Source: an uncultured Verrucomicrobiae bacterium
GTDB lineage: Bacteria > Verrucomicrobiota > Verrucomicrobiia > Opitutales > JABDGR01
Assembly (NCBI GenBank): GCA_963765205.1
Contig: CAVXVB010000009.1
Span: forward strand, 530,590-594,589
Direction of reading: 5' to 3'
DNA length: 64,000 bases
Part shown: positions 46,617-56,387 of the stretch, piece after piece
Layout: each line of letters opens with the position of its first letter
Numbering within the stretch: the stretch's first letter is position 1
Notes under the pieces: generated by a model
What the model saw: only the letters and a program-made list of their open reading frames with translations
Told to the model about the DNA's origin: nothing
Database searches by the model: none
Position numbers and translations under genes: made by a program

Positions 46617-48311
46617 ATGCTGAGAACCCTTAAGAAAATTCCGGTTCGCTTCCGCCCGGCCCTGGTGGATGCGCTCAAGGATTATTCCGGCGCCAAATTT
46701 TTGGCGGACCTGAATTCCGGCATCACCGTCGGCATCGTAGCGATTCCGCTGGCGATTGGTTTTGCGATTGCGAGCGGGGTGACGCCGCTGGCGGGGCTGA
46801 TCACGGCGATTGTGGCCGGCTTTCTGATTGCCGCGCTCGGCGGCTCGCGCTACCAAATCGGCGGGCCGACGGGCGCGTTCGTGCCCATTCTGGCCGGCGT
46901 GGTGGCCACCTACGGGGTGGACAATTTGCTCATCTGCACGTTCATGGCGGGTGTGATGCTGCTGCTGATGGGGATGGCCGGCTTGGGCAGGGTGATCAAA
47001 TTCATTCCCTATCCGGTGACGATGGGGTTCACCAGCGGCATCGCGGTCATCATTTTCGTCGGAGAGATCAAAGATTTTCTGCAATTGCCCATCGAGCATT
47101 TGGAGCCGGGGTTTCTGGACAAAATGGAACAGTATGCGGAGAATCTCGCCCAGCTCCACTGGACGGCACTGCTGCTGGGGTTCTTGACGATTTTGATTAT
47201 GATTTATTGGCCAACGCGCTGGCAGCGGCGCGTGCCCGGCTCGATGGTGGCGTTGATTGTGGCCAGCCTGGCCGTCAAATGGCTGCATCTGTCCACGTTA
47301 ACGATTGGCGACAAGTGGAGCCTTAAAGGCTCCTTATCCTTTCATCTGCCGACTCTGCATCCCAGCGACATTTCGCTGCTGATGGGGCCGGCGATGACCA
47401 TCGCCATGCTCGGCGCCATCGAGTCGCTGCTCTCCGCGGTGGTGGCCGACGGGTTGACCAACGACCGGCACGACTCGAACCAGGAATTGATGGCGCAGGG
47501 CATCGCCAACATCTTTTCGCCGTTCTTTGGCGGCATCGCGGCCACCGGCGCCATTGCGCGCACGGGCACCAATATCCGTTGCGGCGCGCTCACGCCGGTG
47601 TCCGGCATCGTGCATGCGCTCACCCTGCTCGCCATCCTGCTGATCGCCGCGCCATTGGCCAATGCCATTCCGTTGTGTGCGCTCGCCGGCATCCTCCTCG
47701 TCGTGTCGTTCAAGATGGGCGAGTGGCACGAGTTCGCGCGCCTGCGGCGCATCCCCCGCAGCGACGCGCTCGTGTTTGTCATCGTGTTTTTGCTGACCGT
47801 CGTCATGAACCTGACCTGGGGCGTCGGGGTGGGCGTGGTCTTGGCCGCGTTGCTCTTTATCAAGCGCGTGTCTGAAAGCTCGGAAATTACCGCGCTGGAC
47901 GACGCGCACCCCGCGACCGGCGGCCGGCCGATTTGGGCCGATGAGTCGTGGCCCGACGGTGTTTACCTCTTTCGCGTGCAGGGCGCGTTTTTCTTCGGCA
48001 CGGCCGACATGTTGGAGACCTCGTTCCGCCGCGCCGGCGCGCAACTGCGCGTGATGGTTTTGCTCTGCGAAGACGTCTTCACGATTGACGCGACCGGCCT
48101 CAATGCACTCGAAAGCTTGAACGAGCGCCTCTGCCAGCACAAACGGCACCTTATCCTTTGCAAAGTCACGGGCCAGCCCCTCGAAGCCATCCAGCAAAGT
48201 GGCTTTTTGGAGGAACTCGGCGCGGACAACCTGACCAAGACGATTGATGACGCCCTCCAGCGCGCGCGCGCCCTGCTCTATGACCGGGCGGACGAAACCG
48301 CCGCCAAGTGA
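46617..48311 (+). CDS. SulP-family anion transporter with C-terminal STAS domain
   Basis: DLNSGITVGIVAIPLAIGFAIASGV plus multiple TM segments. The STAS-like tail is YLFRVQGAFFFGTADML..IDATGLNALESL. Confidence 0.9.
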   Translation: MLRTLKKIPVRFRPALVDALKDYSGAKFLADLNSGITVGIVAIPLAIGFAIASGVTPLAGLITAIVAGFLIAALGGSRYQIGGPTGAFVPILAGVVATYGVDNLLICTFMAGVMLLLMGMAGLGRVIKFIPYPVTMGFTSGIAVIIFVGEIKDFLQLPIEHLEPGFLDKMEQYAENLAQLHWTALLLGFLTILIMIYWPTRWQRRVPGSMVALIVASLAVKWLHLSTLTIGDKWSLKGSLSFHLPTLHPSDISLLMGPAMTIAMLGAIESLLSAVVADGLTNDRHDSNQELMAQGIANIFSPFFGGIAATGAIARTGTNIRCGALTPVSGIVHALTLLAILLIAAPLANAIPLCALAGILLVVSFKMGEWHEFARLRRIPRSDALVFVIVFLLTVVMNLTWGVGVGVVLAALLFIKRVSESSEITALDDAHPATGGRPIWADESWPDGVYLFRVQGAFFFGTADMLETSFRRAGAQLRVMVLLCEDVFTIDATGLNALESLNERLCQHKRHLILCKVTGQPLEAIQQSGFLEELGADNLTKTIDDALQRARALLYDRADETAAK

Positions 48312-48390
48312 AGGGGAATCCGGCACAGGCACCCGTTGATATTGGGTTTTTCACTCGCGTTGTTAGGGGAAATCTGCCAGCCCTAATGGC

Positions 48391-48774
48391 ATGAACCCCT
48401 TGCGCGAAGTGCGCGATTGCCGGCAGGTTCAGGGCGAGCCGCGGCGGCGGTGGTTTGGCTCTGACCAGTTGGACCTCATCGTGTGGTGCGACGAGGCCGG
48501 CGCGCCCGTCGGCTTTCAACTTTGTTATGACCTCGACCACACGGAACGGGCGCTGACCTGGAAGCCCACGTCGGGTTTTCAGCACAACAATGTGGATGAT
48601 GGCGAAAGCGGCGGCCCGTTGCGGCCCAAAGGCAGTCCAGTGCTGGTGCCGGACGGGGCGATTGATTTCGAGCGATTAAGCAAGTTATTCGCGCAAGTAA
48701 ACACGAAAGTCCCGGCGGATATTGCCGCGTTTGTGGCCGCCCGGCTTCAGTTGCCGCCCGCGCCCAAGGCTTGA
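48391..48774 (+). CDS. conserved hypothetical protein
   Basis: 127 aa. RRRWFGSDQLDLIVWCDEAGAPVGFQLCYD. The 3' end overlaps the convergent gene by 28 nt. Confidence 0.45.
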   Translation: MNPLREVRDCRQVQGEPRRRWFGSDQLDLIVWCDEAGAPVGFQLCYDLDHTERALTWKPTSGFQHNNVDDGESGGPLRPKGSPVLVPDGAIDFERLSKLFAQVNTKVPADIAAFVAARLQLPPAPKA

Positions 48775-51344
48775 TTGAGGCTTTGAATGGAAATGGCGGC
48801 CTTGCCCTTTAACACCGAGCGCAATGAGGCAAGGTTCTCGGGCGAGCCAGCGAAGAGATAATCCGGGTAAGTGCGGGTGTCCTTGATGTCATTGTAAATC
48901 GCCTTTTCAATATACAGGTTGGAGCCAAAGCCGGCCAGGTATTGCAGCCGCAGGTCGCGGTCACGGTTGATGGCGGCGTGGAGCAACCACGGTTCGAGGT
49001 CGTAGGCCGAGCCGCCGTAGGTCTTCAGCAGATCAAGCGCGGATGGAAAACCCACATCGGCCAGGGATTGCGCGACCCAGCCGTAATCCTTGCCGTCCAG
49101 GCGGGTTTGGACTTCATCCACATCGATAACGGCAGGGTCGGCTTCGCCAAGCACGATGGCGTCGTAGCCCTCGCCGTTTTGGTCGTTGCTCCAGAGCGTG
49201 CCATCGGGAAACACGGAAAAGAACGTCTTCAGTTCGCTCTGCACGGTGCCGACCGTGCTTTCATAGAACGGCACCCATTGCGTGACCATGCCGCCGGGGT
49301 TCAGATGGTCCTTGCACAACTGGAAATATTCCTGCGTATACAACACCGCGCTGCCTTTCACCCACGGGTGAATGGGGTCCGAGGTGATGATGTCGAATTT
49401 CTCCTTGGTCGTGAGCATGAAGTGGCGGGCCGTCGTCATACACCACCTCCAGTTGTTTGTCGCCGGAAGCCGTGTGGATGGTGCGGGGGTTTTCCTTCGT
49501 GATATCGTCCACGATGTGGTAGTTTTGCTCGCCGAACCAGGGTGTGACAAATTGTGGGATGAGTGGCTCGATTTCACAGATCACGATCCGCTGGATGCTC
49601 GGATACTGCGTGAACGTCCCCGCTGTCACGCCCGCGCCGCAGCCCACGATGAGCACCGACTTCGGGTTGCTCTGCAACAGCGCGGGCAGATGGCCCAGCA
49701 TCCGCTGTAGGCGCATGTCGGCGGGCAGCGTCGAGGCCTCGATTTTCCCGCTGACGTGGAAATTCAACGAGCCGTCGGCCGATTGCGAAACCGCGACCGA
49801 GGAATTCAGCCCTTCGCCGACATACTTAAATTCCGGCAGCGGCAGGTTTTTCAACAGGCTGCGGCCATAGGCGATGACGCCGTCGGGAATTTTGTCCACA
49901 TGCCAGGCCAGAAAACCCACGAACGCCGTGGCCGCGATGAGGAAAATGGCGCGCAGGCCGAGCGCAAAGCCGTCGGGCCTAGCGCCCGCCGAATTTTCCT
50001 CGTGGTTGGGCAACAGGCGCGGCACCAGCATCAGCAGCGCCGCGACGAGGGCCAGGCCCATCAGCCAGCGCTCGGCAGCTTCGGGTGCCAAAGCGCGGGA
50101 TGACGACGAGACTGAACCAGAGCGCGCCCAGGATTGCGCCAACAGTGTTCGCTGCGTAAATACCACCCACCAGTTTGCCGGGATCCTGCTTCCGCGTCGC
50201 GGCGGCGGCCAGCGCCAGGGGGAAACTCGCGCCCCAGCATAGTGCCGGCGGCAGCACCACCCACAGGCAGCGCACCAGGTCGAGCTGGAAATTAAACCAC
50301 GGCTGCACCGAGGACTCGGCATTCGGCGTGATGGAAATCGAGAACGTCAATCGGCCAATACGGCAGCGAATCCGCAATCATATACGCCGACCAGGCGATG
50401 GCGCCGGCCAGCAGCAACTGGCAGCACCCGAGCGCAAAGCGCGGCCGCAATGTGGCGCGCGACCACCACGAACCCACGCTGCTGCCCAGCCCCAGCCCGG
50501 TTAAAAACACCGCGAGAATCACCGAGAACGCGTAAACCGTCCCGCCGAGCAGCAACGACAGCAGGCGCGTCCACACCACTTCGGCGCCAAGGGCGGACAT
50601 GCCGGACAAAGCTATCGCCCAATAAACAAAGGAGGCGTCGGGTGGGCGGGGAGCCACTGCGGCGGGGACGGACGGTTCGGCGGCGGGGGCCGGTTCCTCG
50701 CGCGGCAGTTGGGCGTCCAGTCCCACGCCGAGCAGCGCGACGGAGAAGTTGATGATCACCGCCACATAGGTGGCGATGGCCATGTCATGCACGCGCAATA
50801 AATAAAATCCCGCGAGCAGGCAGCCAAAGACCGCGCCCGCCAGGTTGCCGCCGTAAAAAAATCCGAGCCACGACACGCCCAGCGGCGTCGTTTCGAGCCG
50901 CCGGGAAATGGCGGGCAACGTCGCGCCCATCAGCAGCGTCGGCGGCAGCAGACAGATGGCGCTGACCAGCCCGCGCAGCAAAATCCCGAACATACCCGGG
51001 CGCGCGCCGGCGAGGTAAACGTGCTCGACCAGCGGCATCCCATACAGCACCGCCAGCCCGACCAGGCCGATGCACAACTCCAGCCCGGCATAAACACGCA
51101 GGGGCCGGCGTTTGGCGGAGAGCACTCTCGGCAGCAGCAAACTGCCCAGGCACATGCCGCCCATGAAGGTTCCCAGCAACACGCCCAGCGACACGGCCGT
51201 CGAGCCAATCACCAGTTGCAGCATCTGGAACCAGACGATTTCGTAAATGAGCGCGGCGCAGCCGCTGCCGGCAAACAGCAGCAAGACCCAAGGCAGATAA
51301 CGGCGCGAATCCGGCGGCGGGGCGGAAGTGGGGTGTTCGGTCAT
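48747..51344 (-). pseudogene. fused membrane-domain / spermidine synthase-like protein with at least three frame breaks
   Basis: Four minus-strand ORFs (50292..51344, 49979..50377, 49261..50322, 48747..49577) read as one protein. It has an N-terminal polytopic domain, then VLIVGCGAGVTAG..VICEIEP..VVYDD | ARHFMLTTKEKFDIITSDPIHPW. Junctions lie near 50333-50360, 50080-50092 and 49424-49432. Confidence 0.75.
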
Positions 51345-51422
51345 GTCAAGGGGGCGGGCCGCTGGGTTGAGCGCAAGGGGTGAAGCGAGGTTGAACCACG
51401 CGGCGGGAGCAAGGTTGCGGTT

Positions 51423-52220
51423 TTATTCCCCGCGCGCCGCGCGCCACACCCGCAGACAGGAGGCGATCAGGCCGGGCAATTCCGCCAGGGGGATTTGGCT
51501 GGGACCATCCGAAATCGCGCGGGTGGGATCGGGATGGGTTTCGATAAACAGCCCGTCCGCCCCGGCCGCGAGGGCCGCGCGCGCGAGCGGGGGCACAAAT
51601 TCACGCTGGCCGCCGGAGGCGCCGTTAGCTGCGCCAGGCAGTTGCACGCTGTGGGTGGCGTCGAATATGACCGGCGTGCCGTGGGTGCGCATGATCGCGA
51701 AGGAGCGCATGTCCACCACGAGGTTTTGGTAGCCGAAAGTCGTGCCACGCTCAGTCTGCCAAATTTCGCCCGCGCCGCCCGCGCGCAGCTTGGCGACGAC
51801 GTGCGCCATTTCCATCGGCGAGAGGAACTGGCCCTTCTTCACGTTCACGACGCGCCCAGTCGCGGCGGCGGCGAGGAGCAAATCAGTTTGCCGGCAGAGA
51901 AAAGCGGGGATTTGCAGAACGTCGCAGACTTTTGCCACCGGTTTGGCCTGCTCGGGTAGGTGGATATCTGTCAGCACCGGGAAGCCGTATTTCTTTTTGA
52001 CGAAGGCCAGCAGCTTGAGGCCGGCGGCCAGGCCGGTGCCGCGCGCGCCGCGCCCGGAGGTGCGGTTGGCCTTGTCGAACGAGCCTTTGAAGACGATGTT
52101 CAAGGCCGGGTCAGCGTGCCGCAGGCGCGCCAGGGCCTCCGCCACGGCGCGGCAGGTCGCCTCGCTTTCGAGCGAACACGGCCCGGCGATCAACAGCAGG
52201 CGTTGGGGGTTGAACAGCAT
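51423..52220 (-). CDS. kdsA: 3-deoxy-8-phosphooctulonate synthase
   Basis: [32 protein letters not shown] and [13 protein letters not shown] at 52220. Confidence 0.95.
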   Translation of the reverse strand: MLFNPQRLLLIAGPCSLESEATCRAVAEALARLRHADPALNIVFKGSFDKANRTSGRGARGTGLAAGLKLLAFVKKKYGFPVLTDIHLPEQAKPVAKVCDVLQIPAFLCRQTDLLLAAAATGRVVNVKKGQFLSPMEMAHVVAKLRAGGAGEIWQTERGTTFGYQNLVVDMRSFAIMRTHGTPVIFDATHSVQLPGAANGASGGQREFVPPLARAALAAGADGLFIETHPDPTRAISDGPSQIPLAELPGLIASCLRVWRAARGE

Positions 52221-52354
52221 CAAAGAGGGCAAGGAAGATGGAAAATGGAAAATGGAAAAACCGGAATAGAGAAAGGGGTAGGAATGGGATATACCGCCGA
52301 GTAACTTCTTGCGATAAAAATTGCACCAGGGCGGATGACTCGCAAAATGCGGCC

Positions 52355-53281
52355 ATGAGTACGGTAACCGACACTATAAATGCGAAAACTTTCGAGGGTG
52401 GGGCGGTGGGCTTTATTGGCTTGGGGGTGATGGGTCGCAGCCTCGCCGGGCATTTGCTCAAGGTTGGCTACCCCGTCATCGTTTACACCCGGTCGCGCGC
52501 GAAGGCCGAGGCCTTGCTGGCCGTCGGCGCGCAGTGGACCGAAAGTCCCGCCGACCTCGCCCGGCGCAGCCGGTTGATTTTTACGATGGTGGGTTTTCCC
52601 GCCGATGTCGAAGAAGTGTATTACGGCCCACAAGGGTTGATCGCCTGTGCCGCACTCGGAACGCTGTTGGTGGACCTGACCACCTCCACTCCCGCCTTGG
52701 CCCGGCGTATCGCCGATGCTGCCGCTGCGCGCGGGTTGGGTGCGCTCGACGTGCCGGTGACGGGTGGCGACATCGGCGCGCGCAACGCCCAGCTTTCCCT
52801 CATGGCCGGGGGCGATGCCGCGGACTTCGCCCGGGTTGAGCCGGTGCTGCACCTCTTTGGGCCCACGGTTGTTCTCCATGGTCCCGCCGGTAGCGGGCAG
52901 CACGCGAAGATGTGCAATCAGATCATGATCGCCTGCACGATGATCGGGCTATGCGAGGCGCTGGCCTATGCGCGTGCGGCGGGGCTGGACGCTCAGTTGC
53001 TGTTGCAAAGCACCGGCGGCGGCGGCGCGGCGAGCTGGTCGCTGCAAAAGCTCGCGCCTCGTATTTTGAGCGGGGACTTCGCGCCGGGCTTCTACGTCAA
53101 GCACTTCGTCAAGGACCTGGCCATCGCGCTCGCCGCCGCGCGGGAAATGGGGCTGGCCTTGCCTGGGCTGGAACTGGGCGAAAAATTATACCGCGAACTT
53201 GCCGCCGCGGGCCACGCCGACGACGGCACCCAGGCGTTGTGGAAATTGTATGAGTCAAAGTTGCCGCATTCGAAGCCTTGA
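52355..53281 (+). CDS. NAD(P)-dependent oxidoreductase, 3-hydroxyisobutyrate/6-phosphogluconate dehydrogenase family
   Basis: [17 protein letters not shown] and [13 protein letters not shown]. Confidence 0.85.
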   Translation: MSTVTDTINAKTFEGGAVGFIGLGVMGRSLAGHLLKVGYPVIVYTRSRAKAEALLAVGAQWTESPADLARRSRLIFTMVGFPADVEEVYYGPQGLIACAALGTLLVDLTTSTPALARRIADAAAARGLGALDVPVTGGDIGARNAQLSLMAGGDAADFARVEPVLHLFGPTVVLHGPAGSGQHAKMCNQIMIACTMIGLCEALAYARAAGLDAQLLLQSTGGGGAASWSLQKLAPRILSGDFAPGFYVKHFVKDLAIALAAAREMGLALPGLELGEKLYRELAAAGHADDGTQALWKLYESKLPHSKP

Positions 53282-53306
53282 CGTTCGCTGTATTTGGACC
53301 AACAAA

Positions 53307-53339
53307 ACGCCGCCGGTTTCGCGGGGAAACCGGCGGCGT
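53307..53339. terminator. 14-bp perfect GC hairpin between convergent genes
   Basis: ACGCCGCCGGTTTC-GCGGG-GAAACCGGCGGCGT. No clear U-tract on either side. Confidence 0.55.
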
Positions 53340-53363
53340 GAAAGATCTCGTCGGGAACGATGC

Positions 53364-54296
53364 TTACTTGCTGGTGCTGGCCGGTGCCGAAGCGCCAGCT
53401 GGGGCCGACATGCTTTGCAGCTTTTGCAGCATTTCTGGGCTTAGGCCGTCCAGCCCACTGGCACTGGCATCGGGCGGGGGCGTGGGTTTGAAATCCACCA
53501 CGGTCGTGTCAAAGATCAGCGCGGCGCCCGGCGGCAGCGGCACATCCGGATCGTCGCCATAGGCCAGCTTCGCCGGGATGTAGAGCATGATTTCGCCGCC
53601 TTTGCCAATAAGTTGCAGTCCTTCCGTCCAGCCCTTGATGACATTGTCGAGGGCCATGTCGCGAGTCGGGCCGGCGGGGTCTTTGTCATCGGTTTTGTCG
53701 AAGACGGTGCCATCCAGCAGCGTGCCTTTGTATTTGACGGTGACGGTATCGGTGCTCTTGGGTTTGGCATCGCCGCCGGGCGTGATGATTTTGTAATAAA
53801 GTCCATCGTCGGTTTTCTTGACGGTGGTGTCTTTGGCAAGATCGGCAAAGAACTTGTCATTCGCGGCCGACTGGGTGGCCAGATCCGCATCATGGACTTT
53901 CTCCGCGCGGGCGGTCAGGTAGTCTTTTGTCTTCGTCCAGTTGTCCGCGCCACCCGGAATATCATCGGGCCCCGTGGTGGACACAAGTTTGAGGCCGGCC
54001 GCAAATTGATCCACTTCATCCGACGTGAGGCCCAACTGCTTGAGGTGCATTTGCTGGCCGATGACCCAGCCGAAGGTTTTCAAATAGGATTTGATGTCGT
54101 CCGGGCTGACCTTGGAGAGATCCATCGGGGGTGGCTCGGCGGGCATCCCAGGAGCCGCACCGGGAGGCGCCGCCGCGGCGGGGGTGGCCGGAGCCGAGGC
54201 CGGGGTGGTTTGAGCCAGCAAGGGCACGAGGAGGGCCGCAAGCACGGCTAGCGAGGCGGCCGCCCAGGCGGCGCGAGTTTTTGATTTCGTGGTCAT
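53364..54296 (-). CDS. FKBP-type peptidyl-prolyl isomerase (FkpA-like) with a Pro-rich C-terminal tail
   Basis: VTVKYKGTLLDGTVFDKT..VIKGWTEGLQLIGKGGEIMLYIPAKLAYG. Signal peptide present. Confidence 0.9.
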   Translation of the reverse strand: MTTKSKTRAAWAAASLAVLAALLVPLLAQTTPASAPATPAAAAPPGAAPGMPAEPPPMDLSKVSPDDIKSYLKTFGWVIGQQMHLKQLGLTSDEVDQFAAGLKLVSTTGPDDIPGGADNWTKTKDYLTARAEKVHDADLATQSAANDKFFADLAKDTTVKKTDDGLYYKIITPGGDAKPKSTDTVTVKYKGTLLDGTVFDKTDDKDPAGPTRDMALDNVIKGWTEGLQLIGKGGEIMLYIPAKLAYGDDPDVPLPPGAALIFDTTVVDFKPTPPPDASASGLDGLSPEMLQKLQSMSAPAGASAPASTSK

Positions 54297-54501
54297 CTGT
54301 GGAGTTGGATAGGGGGAACAAGTAACCGAAGAAAAATGGCCGGATGCCGGACGGCAAGGGGCGCGAAACGAGGCACAATGACAAGCCGGTGAGGCTTTGC
54401 CAAGCGCAAATACGCAAGGGGTATTCGAGAGGGTGGGGCGGACCTCTTTGAACTAACACCCCCATCACTCGGGTGAATGCAGCAACCGCTTAATGTTCAA
54501 T

Positions 54502-54590
54502 GCTCAACGTTGAACGCTCAATAAAGCAGCCCCATGGGGTGACGGGACGAAAATCTTGGTCGCCTTCAACTTGAGCGTTGAGCGTTAAAC
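54502..54590. repeat. hairpin built of TTGAGCG/TTGAACG units
   Basis: 54502-54521 pairs with 54571-54590: 9 bp, one mismatch, then 6 bp including one G-U. More degenerate units lie on both sides (54487-54610). Confidence 0.75.
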
Positions 54591-54613
54591 GTTAAAAGTT
54601 GAGCGTTAGGAGA

Positions 54614-56125
54614 TTAGGCTGCCGGCGCTGGCGGCTTGTAGCCCCAGAGATGGCGGTTCTTGATGATGGCCGCGGCTTGCGCCGGCACCAGCTTCTCCCA
54701 AGCCGGGTCGCCGTCCGCGATTTTTTTAAGCACGTCGCGGGAGAAGATGCCGAGGTTTTCCGCATGAAAGCCCAGCAGGGGCTCGATGTAATGGTTTTCC
54801 AGCAGGTAGGCGTAGAGGTTGCGCAGGTGAATTTTGACCTGCAGGTTTTGCGCGGTGATCAGCCACTCGCCCGGCATGGGCAACGCTTGGGGCGCCGGCT
54901 CGGTGTGGGTGGCCCCGGCGACTTTGCCGGCCTGCTCGGCGAGGTAGCGGTTGTAGCCCGAACCCTTCATCGGGTAAACATACATCCGGGTGTTCTCCTT
55001 GAACAGGCGCCCGCATGCTTCCAGGATGCCTCCGGCCAAATTATCATAATATTGCTCGTTGAAAACTTCGAGGAGATTATTGATCCCCAGCGAGATGCCG
55101 ACCATCTTTTTCGTGAAGCGCCGGAAATAATCCGTCAACCGGAAAAATTCGGAGTAATTCGAGATGAGCACATGGTAGCCCAGCGCCGCCAGCGTGTCCA
55201 CCCGGGCCAGAAAATCGTCGAGGTTCAGCTCCCCGCCGGCCAAAAGGTTGTGGATGGTGATTTCGAGGAGAACGACGACCTCCTCGCCGCGGTTCTTTTC
55301 CTCCTGCAGGAATTGCGCGCCGGCCGCCTCCAGCATGTCAATGTTCACATGGGTCACGGGTCGAAATGAGCCGCGCTCGACCAGGATCGCCTTTTTGTAG
55401 AGGATTTCCGAGGGCTGCAGCACATGCCGGTCCGGCGAATACATCACCGCGTTCGTCAGCCCATGCTGCACGAGGTGCAGGCAGATGGCACGGTTTTCAA
55501 TGTGGGCGAAGTCCGGGCCGTTGAATTCAATCATGTCCACTTCGATGCGCTGGATACCGAGGCTGTCGGCCAGCGAGAGGATGAATTCCTCGATGTCGGT
55601 GTGCAGCAACGCCGCGCCGTAGACGAGGTTCACGCCGATGATGCCGAGGGCGTCCTGCTGGGCGACGGGCGTCTTGTCCCACATCCGCACATGGATGATG
55701 ATGTCGTTGGGCGGCCCATGGGGGCGCAATTGCAGACGCATGCCCATCCAGCCGTGGCAGTCGCCGGTGCCGCGGAAACTGGCGGCGGCGACGGTGTTGG
55801 CGTAAACGAAGAAGGTCGTGCGGTCGCCGCGCGCCTGGCCCAGCCGCTCCGTCAAGAGTTGGTATTCGTGGTCGAGCATCTGCACTAGGCGCTCGCGGGA
55901 GACGTAGCGGTGCGCCTTGCCATAAATGTCGTCGCTGAACTTCATGTCGTAGGCCGACATGCTTTTGGCGATGGTGCCGGCCGCGCCGCCGGCCTGGAAA
56001 AAGTGCCGCGCCACCTCCTGCCCCGCGCCGATTTCGGCAAACGTGCCATAAATCTCGTCGTCGAGATTGATGGCCAGGGCTTTTTGGTTGGTCGAAAGTT
56101 TATCGCGTTGGGAAGATTCAGACAT
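54614..56125 (-). CDS. conserved protein of unknown function
   Basis: 503 aa from ATG 56125. The N-terminal block is IYGTFAEIGAGQEVARHFFQAGGAAGTIAKSMSAYDMKFSDDIYG. I cannot assign a family. Confidence 0.55.
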   Translation of the reverse strand: MSESSQRDKLSTNQKALAINLDDEIYGTFAEIGAGQEVARHFFQAGGAAGTIAKSMSAYDMKFSDDIYGKAHRYVSRERLVQMLDHEYQLLTERLGQARGDRTTFFVYANTVAAASFRGTGDCHGWMGMRLQLRPHGPPNDIIIHVRMWDKTPVAQQDALGIIGVNLVYGAALLHTDIEEFILSLADSLGIQRIEVDMIEFNGPDFAHIENRAICLHLVQHGLTNAVMYSPDRHVLQPSEILYKKAILVERGSFRPVTHVNIDMLEAAGAQFLQEEKNRGEEVVVLLEITIHNLLAGGELNLDDFLARVDTLAALGYHVLISNYSEFFRLTDYFRRFTKKMVGISLGINNLLEVFNEQYYDNLAGGILEACGRLFKENTRMYVYPMKGSGYNRYLAEQAGKVAGATHTEPAPQALPMPGEWLITAQNLQVKIHLRNLYAYLLENHYIEPLLGFHAENLGIFSRDVLKKIADGDPAWEKLVPAQAAAIIKNRHLWGYKPPAPAA

Positions 56126-56387
56126 GGAGGGAGGGGGGGCAGAGCCGGGCACTATACAGCAAAAACAGTGCCCCAACAGCGTAAACCGCGAGGACCGGAG
56201 GAACTCAATTATATTCTTCGTCAAAATTCCGTTACTTTAGGCCGACGGCCGGTGTCTCCCATCATGTAACCTCCCACTCGTCCGCTGCCGGCCGCCGTGC
56301 ATCTCCCGTCTCCTGACTTCTAGCTTCTTCTCTCCCCCCGATATCCCCCTTGCAGTTTGAGCCCTTCCCACTACACTACCTTCCCTC

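Noticed and set aside
52238-52258. ATGGAAA x3 repeat in the kdsA/oxidoreductase divergent region as a member of the hairpin family.
   Set aside because: No complementary arm is present nearby. It is recorded only as a short purine-rich tandem repeat.
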